A DNA stretch of 63,052 nt, filler included, from Stramenopiles sp. TOSAG23-2 (taxonomy: Eukaryota), in the NCBI GenBank assembly GCA_900128395.1. It is 7 parts of 7 records of this genome, joined end to end, with 100 filler letters (N's around TTAATTAATTAA, not from the genome) between each part and the next. Parts side by side here need not be neighbours in the genome. Positions count along the whole stretch, not along the records: positions 1 to 8,946 come from LT650142.1; positions 9,047 to 17,982 come from LT650143.1; 5 more parts are not named here. One strand, 5' to 3'. Position 1 is the first letter of the stretch, and each line of letters begins with the position of its first letter. The notes under the pieces were generated by a model. The model was not told the origin of the DNA. It did no database searches and saw only the letters and a list, made by a program, of their open reading frames with translations. This document shows, piece by piece, positions 1 to 10,093 of this stretch. Both the position numbers and the translations under genes were made by a program.

Positions 1-8
1 TTGAATAC

Positions 9-257
9 ATGAAAAGAACATCTGCAAGGGCTGCAAAGATTGCTGCACTGAAAGGATTAGCATCTCCAGAGGCACAACGTGCTTCCCACACTTTGACAGA
101 TTTTCCAACGACGTTAACAAAAAAGGTAACATTGTTGAAGCGTTTTAAAGATTGTTTAAAACGACAACATGAAAGCGGTTGGCAAAGAGCCGTCTCCCGG
201 TCTACTGGTAAACCTTACTACTTTCACAGTGCGTTGAATAAAAGACGAAAAATTTAA
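9..257 (+). pseudogene. Fragment with a polo-box-1 tail followed by a WW-domain-like segment
   Basis: FPTTLTKKVTLLKRFKDCL resembles the end of polo-box 1. GWQRAVSRSTGKPYYFH resembles a Pin1-type WW domain. The ORF stops at 257 and no kinase domain is present in the window. Confidence 0.5.
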
Positions 258-277
258 AGCGAAAGCGTTATTTTAAC

Positions 278-925
278 GTGTACACAAACGAGAAGGCAGA
301 CTCGGTCCGAGAGATAAAGGAGTTGGCGCAAAGGAAGGCACAGACGCGGCCGTCCCCATCCAAAAATGAAATAGATGCATTAACAGATGAAATGGATGCA
401 TTAAAGGTAAGCGGGGGCCAAAGTATGATTTACGTTAAAAAATGGGTTCGCACCCGATATGCAATTTTGTTTCGAATGTCAAATCGTACGGTTCAAGTTG
501 CATTTTTTGACAAGACTGAAATCATATTAGCACCTCAAGCAAACCTCATGCCATTAGCATCTCAAATAGCATCTCAAGCAAAACTCGTAACATATGTTGA
601 TAAATCTAGAAAGCGTACCACGTACTCATTATATGAAATTACCAGATCAAAACGAAGTGAAATACAAAAACGCTTGAAATATACCAAGGATATATTACAA
701 CAGTTCATACAAAGAGATTTCTTGCGGACAAAGAGATTTCTTGCGGGTGAACTGATGAAAGTGACGAAGAATAAATCACCGAGTGACCGTGCAAATATAA
801 TTGAACCGATGAAGTTGGAGGTGAGGTGGTTGCAAGCACTGCAAGAGGCACATAATCTCCCGCCAAAAAAAACAAAAAAAAAACCTATTCTAATTTCCAC
901 TTTCAAGTATATTATAATAATTTAA
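278..925 (+). CDS. Polo-box-2-containing ORF (polo-like kinase C-terminal fragment)
   Basis: YVKKWVRTRYAILFRMSNRTVQVAFFDKTEIIL...LVTYVD...KRLKYTKDIL matches polo-box 2. The start is GTG only, and the ORF is separated by a stop from the PB1 fragment. Confidence 0.65.
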   Translation: MYTNEKADSVREIKELAQRKAQTRPSPSKNEIDALTDEMDALKVSGGQSMIYVKKWVRTRYAILFRMSNRTVQVAFFDKTEIILAPQANLMPLASQIASQAKLVTYVDKSRKRTTYSLYEITRSKRSEIQKRLKYTKDILQQFIQRDFLRTKRFLAGELMKVTKNKSPSDRANIIEPMKLEVRWLQALQEAHNLPPKKTKKKPILISTFKYIIII

Positions 926-1002
926 ATTATGGTCCTTTTTGATACCTTGGTAGTGTTTATTTTAAAAAAATAATGGCCGCCAAAAAAAACAAAAAAAAAA
1001 CC
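860..1002 (+). repeat. Identical 26-bp direct repeat CCGCC-A8-C-A10-CC (860-885 and 977-1002)
   Basis: Read directly. The copies are 117 bp apart and both encode PPKKTKKKP in the same frame. Confidence 0.9.
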
Positions 1003-3424
1003 GAGGGACAACGCGCCGTCGCCTCACCGAGCGAAAAAAAAATCATCACCAAAAAAAGAGTCACCAAAGCGACAACAAAAAAAACACCGCGCAAGCGCCA
1101 ACGCGCCTACACCAAGCAAAACCCCAGGAGAGGCAAATGATGAAGAGGAAGAGGTAAAGACCAAAAATAGCGATCAACGGTTGGAACAGTTGGAGAAACA
1201 AGTACAACGGTTGGTGGGTGAATCCTCTACAAATTTGTACCTAGATATTTACAAAAGCTTAGGAAAGGCACAGACAATACAAAAAAGCTGGCAAGAGCAT
1301 TTTTGTAAGAAAGTAGGCTCTAATGAAAAATGGGACTGTTTAAAAAAAGTAGATGAGGTTACAAGGGACTTAAAAAAGATTATTAAGAACACTAAGGACG
1401 CCATCTCGCTATCGGATGCAATCAAAGGTATGGGAATTTTCAATGAAGAACCAAAACGAGAACTAATAATAGAAAAACTAGCAGAAAGATTGTCCTCTCC
1501 GTTTCAACGCGTCAAGTTGGAGAAAACAAAAAATTGGGACAATGACGGAACTTTTCTGCCTCTGCCAACCACCCAGGGAATTCCTATCATAACCATTGCG
1601 TTTTGGAANNNNNNNNNNNNNNNNNNNNNNNNNNNNNNNNNNNNNAAAGTCTTCATCGGGACTAGACGCGCGGATGACAACGGAAATGTAGTACCAGAAT
1701 CGTTGTACAATGCATTTACAGGTACAGTGAGAGACCAAATTATCAAAAATAAAATCGACGTCCTTTTTTTGGTCGAGTTAAATGACAAGACAGAGTGGTT
1801 AAAGGATCTTCGGTATAGGCTCAGCCACACTGCGTTGGAGGGAGAAGAAGAGTTTGGCGAATGGGAATACGAAGTAACATACAGCGAGGGAAAAGGTGCA
1901 CCCGGCAATTCCAAGGAGTATTACGGTGTTTTATACAAAAAGAATTTGTTTAAGTTTGAGAAGAGGGATTTGACAGCTGAAGTGTTTTTGGAAGAATACT
2001 ACAAAAATAATAAAGAATCAATTGTGGCAATAAAAGAATTGGAAGAGAAGATAGCAGAGGCGAAAAAAACTAAATTACTTAAGGTTGAAACGGAGAAAAC
2101 TATGGACCTACCAAAAAACAAACGAAAAGTGGTAAGCTGTACGTTACAAACACAATTAAATGATTCTTTTAATGTTACGTTTGTTTTCGGTCATTTAACA
2201 TATGCTAATACAGAAGCTAAGCAAAAGGAGTTTACAAAGGAGTTGAATTATGTCCAAAATGCAATTAAAAATGCAATTTCAGGGGGAACCCCTGGTGTTA
2301 TGTTTTTAGGTGACACAAATATTCACCACGCTCTTGGAACCTATTTTTTCAATAAAAATCGGAGGTACTATCAGTATCCAAGCAATCCATGGAAAGAGAA
2401 TCAGATGAAGATGCTTGACGGCCAAATAGGGGAGACTTCTATCGAGAAACTAAAGGACTTTGCATATACTAAAATAAAGGAATTAATAGATGAGAGAAAC
2501 AAGGAGAGTCCTAAAAATGAAATAGCAAAGGAGCACCAGGATATAGTTGCGGAAATGGTTGAAATGGTTGATAGAATTAAAGAAACAAAAGGAATAGACA
2601 GAATAGATCTAATAGACGAAGTTCTGCCAAATCAACACAGTCAAGGAACCCGAGGAAGTTGTAAGATAAAAGAAATTCTTGCATATGTACCAATCTTCAA
2701 ACACAAAAATACTTACTATGTGTTCAGAAACGATTTAGACGATAAGGCCATATTGGATTTGATACATAAATGGTACAACAGTGAAAGACTTAAAAATGGT
2801 AAGGATACATTAATAAAATGCTTGAAGGATAATAAAAATTTCAAACAGTTTTATCAGACACTTACAAGTAAAGATGAATTTAAATCGAAGATCCCAGGAC
2901 TACTGAAAAATAATGATGAATTAAGAAATTTTTTTACCCAAATAATTGAAGAAAAAGATATAGATGCTAATTCCAATGAAAAGTTAGAGTGGGACGTTAT
3001 TAAAAAGATAGTTGTATTTCACGCAAAAAACAAAGAAATAGAAAAAATAGACAAAGACATAGAAAACTCTGAGAAGATCAAAAAGATTCTCCGGAAAAGG
3101 TATAAGTCGGATAATAAGCTAATTATTGATAAAAAAACCCAGTATTTATTCAACGGCTTAAAACACCTCTTAAATACCCACAAAAACGATGACGACAAGC
3201 AGCAAATTAAATCCACAGCAAGCACCAAGGAGAATAGCAACTGCTACGACGTCATGTGGGCAAACGACAAACTCGAAAAAAAATACATCAAAAACTCGTT
3301 TCGTGTCATCGGCTTGAGTAACAAACATTGGTGGAATGGGACGACGAAAAACAACCTTTCAGACCATTGCATGATTGCTGCCTCGTTTCGGGTGTTAGAA
3401 GAGGATAACGGTGATGATGAATGA
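974..3424 (+). CDS. DNase I-like EEP (exonuclease/endonuclease/phosphatase) protein with a large insertion
   Basis: Ordered EEP motifs: IAFW(N), DVLFLVEL, EYYGVLYK, FGHL, FLGDTN, CYD, LSDH. The frame is open from 974 (the ORF track starts at TTG 1181). There is a 37-N gap at 1609-1645. Confidence 0.75.
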   Translation, partial: WPPKKTKKKPRDNAPSPHRAKKKSSPKKESPKRQQKKHRASANAPTPSKTPGEANDEEEEVKTKNSDQRLEQLEKQVQRLVGESSTNLYLDIYKSLGKAQTIQKSWQEHFCKKVGSNEKWDCLKKVDEVTRDLKKIIKNTKDAISLSDAIKGMGIFNEEPKRELIIEKLAERLSSPFQRVKLEKTKNWDNDGTFLPLPTTQGIPIITIAFWXXXXXXXXXXXXXKVFIGTRRADDNGNVVPESLYNAFTGTVRDQIIKNKIDVLFLVELNDKTEWLKDLRYRLSHTALEGEEEFGEWEYEVTYSEGKGAPGNSKEYYGVLYKKNLFKFEKRDLTAEVFLEEYYKNNKESIVAIKELEEKIAEAKKTKLLKVETEKTMDLPKNKRKVVSCTLQTQLNDSFNVTFVFGHLTYANTEAKQKEFTKELNYVQNAIKNAISGGTPGVMFLGDTNIHHALGTYFFNKNRRYYQYPSNPWKENQMKMLDGQIGETSIEKLKDFAYTKIKELIDERNKESPKNEIAKEHQDIVAEMVEMVDRIKETKGIDRIDLIDEVLPNQHSQGTRGSCKIKEILAYVPIFKHKNTYYVFRNDLDDKAILDLIHKWYNSERLKNGKDTLIKCLKDNKNFKQFYQTLTSKDEFKSKIPGLLKNNDELRNFFTQIIEEKDIDANSNEKLEWDVIKKIVVFHAKNKEIEKIDKDIENSEKIKKILRKRYKSDNKLIIDKKTQYLFNGLKHLLNTHKNDDDKQQIKSTASTKENSNCYDVMWANDKLEKKYIKNSFRVIGLSNKHWWNGTTKNNLSDHCMIAASFRVLEEDNGDDE

Positions 3425-3667
3425 TGAGACAAAAAACAGTTAAAAAAAAGAAAAGGAATCATCGTCTTGATTAGAGAATGGGGATGAAATGACTGAAGAT
3501 ACAAATGTCAATAATAGGGATAATGTGGTTCTCCGACCAGCTCACCCAATGATGGTGGATGAAAAGGGAGAAAGTGATTATAGTGAGTCACCATCAATTG
3601 AGATATATCCTACGAATACTCAGGATTCTAGGGACGAAATGCGTGGTGTTAAAAGAGTCGTATACAG

Positions 3668-4864
3668 TTGACGACAGACTATGTCACAGGCAATGAAACT
3701 TTTGTCAAAGATACAATTGAAAAGGCAATTTCAGATGATAAAGGAGAAGGAGCCCATGGTGTTATGTTTTTAGGCGACACAAATATTCACCACGCTCTTG
3801 GAAATCATTTTTTCAATAAAAATAAGAAGTACTATTATTACCCAAACGATAAAAAAAAAGATGTGACAATGTTTTATGAGAAGAACTTAAAGGAGGGGGA
3901 CACTTTCGACATGAAACTAAAGAATTTTGCTAGTGAAACAGCCTTTAAATTACTGCAAAATGAGAGTATGGATATTTTGACAAACTATTACAAAATTGTG
4001 AGCAAGGAAACGGTGGAAGAGCAATACGAAAAAACAAAAAATGATTCGAATAATGATGAAGATTCATTTATACTTAAACTATCCAAATTACTATTAGAGT
4101 ATCGACAATTTTGCTTTTCTGATGCAAAAGGAAACATAACTCATAAGTTTGTACCGCATAAAAAGGACAGAAACATGCAAGAATATATCAAGTCTAACTT
4201 CGAAAGAAAAAAAATCGAGGAAAAAAAAATTAAAAAAGGGCTTAGGAGTTATAAACACACATCTTCATACATTTCCAAACCGCTAGATTTCTGGTATGAA
4301 GATGCATCTAAAAAGAAAACTGAGTGGTTGGGAGGGTGCGAGAAATTAAGACAGTCCATATCCAGGGAATTTGAAAAAAAAATAAAAACAATAAAAGAAG
4401 ATGAAGCAGATTTAGAAAAAATTAAACACACCGCAGAGATAATAAATGTTTGGGGTACCTTAAAAAAGAGCAAAAAAAAAATAAAAGAGTATTTGGATGA
4501 TGTTTTTATTATCAATGCTAATGAGCATATGATTAAAGATAAACAGCTGATTAAAGGTGAACAGCTATTTGGCGTGAATAATAATGAAACAAACGACTTA
4601 AACCTCTTGAATATCCATGAGCACAAAGAAGGCAGAATAGAAAAAAAAAAAATTACATCTACCATGAGCAGCAAGGAGAATAGTTTGTGCTACGACGTTA
4701 TGTGGGCAAATGAAGATCTGAATACAAAATACATCAAAAACTCGTTTCGTGTCATTGGCTTGAGTAGCAAAGATTGGTGGAATGGGGCAACGAAGAACAA
4801 CCTTTCAGACCATTACATGATTGCCGCCTCGTTTCGGATTGAAAAAGAAAGATTGATTTTGTAG
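3668..4864 (+). CDS. Second EEP paralog, C-terminal half only, with a different insertion
   Basis: GVMFLGDTNIHHALG and CYDVMWAN...NLSDH are near-identical to the upstream gene. The N-terminal N/E/H motifs are absent. The start is TTG, overlapping the small ORF 3489-3671. Confidence 0.65.
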   Translation: MTTDYVTGNETFVKDTIEKAISDDKGEGAHGVMFLGDTNIHHALGNHFFNKNKKYYYYPNDKKKDVTMFYEKNLKEGDTFDMKLKNFASETAFKLLQNESMDILTNYYKIVSKETVEEQYEKTKNDSNNDEDSFILKLSKLLLEYRQFCFSDAKGNITHKFVPHKKDRNMQEYIKSNFERKKIEEKKIKKGLRSYKHTSSYISKPLDFWYEDASKKKTEWLGGCEKLRQSISREFEKKIKTIKEDEADLEKIKHTAEIINVWGTLKKSKKKIKEYLDDVFIINANEHMIKDKQLIKGEQLFGVNNNETNDLNLLNIHEHKEGRIEKKKITSTMSSKENSLCYDVMWANEDLNTKYIKNSFRVIGLSSKDWWNGATKNNLSDHYMIAASFRIEKERLIL

Positions 4865-5507
4865 AAGAAATATATCCAGGAACAATATTTAATATGTGTC
4901 GTTGTGTGTAATCATTACATTATATTTATACTTCGTACGAAATATTAATAGGTTGTAAAATCAATCACCGTTCTACGGAGAACCAACCCAACGTTCAACG
5001 CATACAACGCGTGCGAACAGAAGAATAGAACCCTCTACTAATACCAACCCATCCTCCATCAACCCAACCAACGCTGTCAATGCACACCAATGATAAAAAT
5101 ACGTACCAGAACAATCTCCTTTACTCGTACATCTCGTATCTGCTGTTTTATGTGGATTGTAATTTTCACATACATGACGATGTTCATTCCAGAAAATATT
5201 TTTATCCTCTAGAAAATAATAGAATGTAATAATTAATAATAGAATGTATCATAATAATATAGAAAATGTCCGAATGTAATATGTAATAACACACACACAC
5301 CACACACATGATGGTTAAAATCTAAAAAACGTAATAATTAATACGAATGGTAATCCAGTGTAATCTAAAGAGAGTTATAGATTTTAAATTAATTTTACTT
5401 TAACTTTCCTCTACGACGTGTAGTTTTTTAAAAAATATTTTAATTTTTATTATAATACGAATTAACACACAAACACTTTCTCTCCTTCTCTCTCACAAAA
5501 TCATTTT

Positions 5508-5745
5508 TTAAAACAACCCACCACGTACGATTGGCAATGTAATACTTAAACGGTCTTTTTTCCCATCCCATTTTGCATTCCCTTTTTGATCATCCACTTC
5601 ATGTGGTAAATACGTACATAAACGATGTTTTGGACTTTGTGCAATTATTTTTTGTTTTTCAACTTTTAAATCCAAATCTTTCATTTTTTGTCCCGGAAAA
5701 TCAATATGTACTACTAAATAACCAGCACTTATAGTAGATGTTGTT
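5508..5745 (-). pseudogene. DNAAF6: PIH1D3/DNAAF6-like CS-domain fragment (dynein assembly factor), 5'-truncated
   Basis: LVVHIDFPG...DLDLKV...SPKHRLCTYLPHEVDDQKGNAKWD...LSITLPIVR. Upstream sequence is low-complexity, leaving no room for the N-terminus. Confidence 0.6.
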
Positions 5746-5966
5746 TCTCTCCCTTTTAGCAAATCTCTCTCTCTCTTCTCTCTTGTTTTTAATTTGTAAC
5801 ATATGTGAAAATATGCAATCGACTCTTTTCCCACTCTTCTTCGTTCATATATATTTAATATAATATATATAGATATAATACATTTCCAGATAATCACATT
5901 ATATTACCTCCTCCCTATATTCGATGATATATCCTATACGTCTCTCTCCCTCTCTCTCTCTTTCCT

Positions 5967-7496
5967 TCACCGATTGACACTACGTTTACGATAATATTCA
6001 ATAGCACGTTCCGTTGCCTCTGCAGCACTTTTTTGTATGGTTAATAATTCTTCTAATTCATCGGGTGTTGCATATTGCAATTGTTTCCCACTAACATTGT
6101 CTAATCTACGTTGTTTTTTTTCTATTTCCCCTTTTAAATATTTGCAATGTGACATAAAACGTCTACCATTTTGATTTTCATCATGGATACCAAAACAAAC
6201 AAAGACCCATGCAAGGACACATGATACACCGCGTATCCATTCGTATAGGTTCCATTGCGTAATTGCCGCATCGTTTAATAATGGCGCACTATTCATACCA
6301 TTCATTCCTAATTTTGCAATGGAATTATCAATTGGCATTGCTAATAATGATGTTAACAATGCAATGAAATATAAAAATAAAATTAAATAAACTCTAAATT
6401 TCTTTGCATTTGGTAATACTTGCCATAAATCACGTTTGGAACTTTCTCTTAAATATAAATCATATGCACTTGTCAATGCAATAGTTGTTAAAAAGAAAAA
6501 CAAACGACGGGATTCACCTGCCAATGGCCAATACACTTCGATAAAACGATTCCTATCATCAAACATGTTTGCGATGTAAACATGTAATAATGCAAATCCA
6601 GCTAATAAACCTTGTGCAAAACCATATACAGTTGCAGTAAAGGCATTGACATTATCCGTAAAATGTGTCATGACTTCTGGTCCATTAAACGTTTCATTTA
6701 AATCATCATCGTCATCATCATTCATCCCTAATTGTCTATACCCTAAACGCCCCATGCGTACGCGTCTAAATCTACCAGTAGTAGCAGATTCAACATATAC
6801 ATATGTTGGTTTTCCACTACCATCTGATTTTTGTATATTTTGTTGTTCCCTTGTTAATGCATAATCTTGTGTACCAGTAATTGTTGTTTCCGGTGGTGGT
6901 ACATTTAAACGTATGAAATGACTACGTCCTGAAAATGGTAATATTGGTCCATCCATTAAATCTTCTTCATCGATTTCAAAATTATATTGTGCTGGATCAA
7001 ATTCCCTACGTTGTATTTCAATGACTTTTGTACGCATACGTGCAATATTATCATCTTCTTCTACATCATCATCATCATCATCATCATCTTCTCCTTTATC
7101 ATCGTTATTACCTTTTTTTTTCTTATTACGATTACGTTTTTTACGTCGTTTTGATTTACTATTACTATTCTCCTCCTCTTCCCCCTCGTTATTATCAGTA
7201 TTATCTTCTTCTGTATCTTTTTTATTCTTATTTTTACTACTACGTTTTTTACGTCGTTTTGATTTATTGTCATCATCATCACCTGGATTGTTATTCTCAT
7301 CATCATCATCATCTGCATCATTTTTAGATTCTTCTTTTTGTTTCCGTCTTCTAGCTCTTCTACGTTTCCGTTTTGCATCTTCATCTTCAGAGGAACTACC
7401 ACCACCATCACTATCATCTTTTTGTTTCTTTTTACGTCTTCTTCTACGTTGTTTTTTCTTTTCAATTTTTTGTTCTAAATCTTCATTGTCTGACAT
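5967..7496 (-). CDS. TMEM237: TMEM237-like ciliary transition-zone membrane protein
   Basis: 509-aa ORF with a charged low-complexity N-terminus, then about four hydrophobic helices beginning FAQGLLAGFALLH. Confidence 0.6.
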   Translation of the reverse strand: MSDNEDLEQKIEKKKQRRRRRKKKQKDDSDGGGSSSEDEDAKRKRRRARRRKQKEESKNDADDDDDENNNPGDDDDNKSKRRKKRSSKNKNKKDTEEDNTDNNEGEEEENSNSKSKRRKKRNRNKKKKGNNDDKGEDDDDDDDDVEEDDNIARMRTKVIEIQRREFDPAQYNFEIDEEDLMDGPILPFSGRSHFIRLNVPPPETTITGTQDYALTREQQNIQKSDGSGKPTYVYVESATTGRFRRVRMGRLGYRQLGMNDDDDDDLNETFNGPEVMTHFTDNVNAFTATVYGFAQGLLAGFALLHVYIANMFDDRNRFIEVYWPLAGESRRLFFFLTTIALTSAYDLYLRESSKRDLWQVLPNAKKFRVYLILFLYFIALLTSLLAMPIDNSIAKLGMNGMNSAPLLNDAAITQWNLYEWIRGVSCVLAWVFVCFGIHDENQNGRRFMSHCKYLKGEIEKKQRRLDNVSGKQLQYATPDELEELLTIQKSAAEATERAIEYYRKRSVNR

Positions 7497-7520
7497 TGTT
7501 GTTTTACTTTCAAGATTGTT

Positions 7521-7633
7521 TTTGTTTTGGATAATATTTTATCTATAAACCGTTATCTGTTTTTTTTTTTTTTTTTTTTTTGTTTTGGATAATATTTTAT
7601 CTATAAACCGTTATCTGTTTTTTTTTTTTTTTT
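7521..7633. repeat. Tandem duplication of ~57 bp ending in poly-T
   Basis: TTTGTTTTGGATAATATTTT(T)ATCTATAAACCGTTATCTG-Tn occurs twice. Confidence 0.85.
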
Positions 7634-7951
7634 GAATAATTAAATAAAAACTATAATAAAATGTGTGTTGTAAATGTTTACAATGTATTCACTTGCAACT
7701 ATGTTTGTGTATTGTACGTATATATGTATATGTATATTTGTATTATATATTGATATCAATCTATGAATGAATGAATCTTCTGAATCGTAGTTCGTTGTTC
7801 TACATTACTCTCTTATCATATATATATATACAACAACAACTAACTCTCTCTACATGTTCATACATATATATATATCAATAGTAATTAGTGCAATTTGGTG
7901 TGTCTATTTCAATATCCTCGACCTTTTAACTGCCAAATTTTTAATTAATTT

Positions 7952-8091
7952 ATTGAAAATATGTACTATTCTTTGTACACCGTATACTCCATAACTATTA
8001 TCCCCTATGTACTGGCGACGAATTGAAAATATGTACTATTCTATGCACACCGTATACTCCATAACTATTATCCCCTATGTACTGGCGACGA
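7952..8091. repeat. Tandem duplication, 70-bp unit x2
   Basis: ATTGAAAATATGTACTATT...GTACTGGCGACGA at 7952 and 8022, with 2 mismatches. Confidence 0.9.
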
Positions 8092-8808
8092 AGGCGCGGA
8101 CCGAAAACAAGCGGTATGTGCGTACGAACGAATTATTCCATATATGATACGATGTTATTATTTTAACATGTATGTTTTTTTGGATAAATTTCGGAACATA
8201 TTTTGTGGAAAAAAAAATTGGCGTCAACTTAGTGCCGTACTTATTATAACTATCAAAATATTATACAATGGTACGTCTATACAACCAAAAATGGACCTGA
8301 ATAAATTGCAATGGGCTGGACCGGCTAGCAGGTAAATACAATGGAGTACTTTCACAAAGTTGCCATCTTTTACCAGGCAGGCNNNNNNNNNNNNNNNNNN
8401 NNNNNNNNNNNNNNNNNNNNNNNNNNNNNNNNNNNNNNNNNNNNNNNNNNNNNNNNNNNNNNNNNNNNNNNNNNNNNNNNNNNNNNNNCCAGGTACAGCA
8501 TAGTCTAGCAGCGGCCGCAGCATAATATCCAGTATCCAGTAGACGAAGACGAGACACAGCAATACATCATAACACGGAAAAAAGACGGTTAAAACCAACA
8601 AACTTCATCACTTTTAACATAAATATATATTATATATTGGTTCAATTAGGAGATGGAAGAATCAACTGGAACAAGATTATTATAGTATACAGAGATAGAT
8701 AGACAGACAGAATAGACAGATCAAATAGACAGATCAAATTAGTCATAATACTAATAAAAGTACTCTATTTCAAAATAATATATATATATATATAACAACT
8801 ACAAAACC

Positions 8809-8946
8809 ATGGCCAATACGTTAGATTTATGTAAAAATGCAGCATCAATAGCAGTTGACTCTGTATTTAATAATGTATTAGCTAAATTATCTGGTAATAG
8901 TAATTTATTATCACCAAATAAAATGTTACATTTAGATGATAGTGAT
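8809..8946 (+). CDS. Probable gene start truncated by the scaffold end
   Basis: ATG after an A/C-rich leader; the frame is open to the linker. Confidence 0.35.
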
Positions 8947-9046
8947 NNNNNNNNNNNNNNNNNNNNNNNNNNNNNNNNNNNNNNNNNNNNTTAATTAATT
9001 AANNNNNNNNNNNNNNNNNNNNNNNNNNNNNNNNNNNNNNNNNNNN
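8947..9046. other. Artificial scaffold linker N44-TTAATTAATTAA-N44
   Basis: The same 100-bp block occurs six times; the 12-mer puts stops in all six frames. Confidence 0.98.
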
Positions 9047-9894
9047 GGACCAACCATTGTCTTGGGTGACAATAGGTTGTGGTTGCAATGCACAAAATTA
9101 TCACGAGTTTGTAACGTTGGCAAGTGATGAATCTTGGGTTTTTGCTCCCTGATGTTTTGTTGGTTAGACTGCACGTCTGGAGGTAAATTCTTCCCATCTG
9201 AAGTGTGTACTACAAAAGGAACTGTTTCCAAAGTTGATTTATCATTGTATACATCATAGAGCCTAGCCTGGTTAAATTTTAAAGTGATCGCCCGGTGACT
9301 ATGATTTTGAATGATATCCTCTTTGGATAATAGTTTTTTGCAGCATACAGTATTCACATGATGAATCTCATTCTGTTGCGCATTCTTGGTGTTTGTGTTT
9401 ACGTAATAAAGAACGTCTGGTTTGGCCTTTTCATCAAAAAAGTTATTGTCATTATTCCTAATATCATGCTGCTCATAATAATTTGATAGAATGCCGGTGT
9501 TGTTTTGTTGTTTAGACTGCACGTCTGGATGTAAATTCTTCCCATCTGAAGTGTGTACTACAAAAGGAACTGTTTTCAAAGTTGATTTATCATTGTATAC
9601 GTCATCGTCCCTAGCCTGGTTAAATTGGAAAGTGATCGCCCGGTGACTATGATTTTGAATGATATCCTCTTTGGATAATAGTTTTTTGCAGCATACAGTA
9701 TTCACATGATGAATCTCATTCTGTTGCGCATTCTTGGTGTTTGTGTTTACATAATAAAGAACGTCTGGTTTGGCCTTTTCATCAAAAAAGTTATTGTCAT
9801 TATTCCTAATATCATGCTGCTCATAATAATTTGATAGAATGCCGGTGTTGTTTTGTTGGTTAGTCTGCACAACATTTAATATATTGTAGAACAC
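9047..9894 (-). CDS. Hypothetical ORF built from two in-frame 116-aa (348-bp) tandem repeats; runs off the scaffold
   Basis: TTAG(A/T)CTGCAC recurs at 9164, 9512 and 9860 (period 348). The frame stays open, but the start is GTG only. Confidence 0.45.
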
Positions 9895-10093
9895 ACTCTT
9901 TTTACGAACGATTGTAGATTTTTACCATAACATATCTCCTTATTTAACTTCTAAAGATTTTAAACATCTCACTCTTCTTTACATTTTTTGTTTTTCCATT
10001 TTTTTTCATATATTACTCGTATATTTTATTTCTTCAATCCTCCCCCCAGTACAAGACGCCTCTCAACAATCTCTACTATATAAAAATTCATTT

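Noticed and set aside
907-953. GT-AG intron joining the polo-box and EEP ORFs
   Set aside because: Splicing it leads into a different frame that stops near 1140 and does not join the nuclease frame.
974-4864. EEP ORFs as LINE retrotransposon endonucleases, or the inserts as inteins
   Set aside because: There is no reverse transcriptase downstream, and the inserts lack intein C/S-start and HN-C/S/T end motifs.
7021-7548. Many antisense or alternate-frame ORFs (poly-S/F/L/M/H), e.g. 7021-7548, 21468-21842, 28287-28904, 36587-37417, 38984-39442
   Set aside because: They are shadows of low-complexity coding sequence on the other strand or in another frame.
7952-8091. CRISPR-like arrays (also 17714-17813, 30366-30560, 49885-50167)
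   Set aside because: The units repeat in full without unique spacers, there are only 2-4 copies, there are no cas genes, and the context is eukaryotic.
8991-9002. TTAATTAATTAA palindrome repeated every ~9 kb as a biological repeat
   Set aside because: It is always centred in exactly 44+44 Ns, so it is an assembly linker. ORFs ending in 'LIN' there are artefacts.
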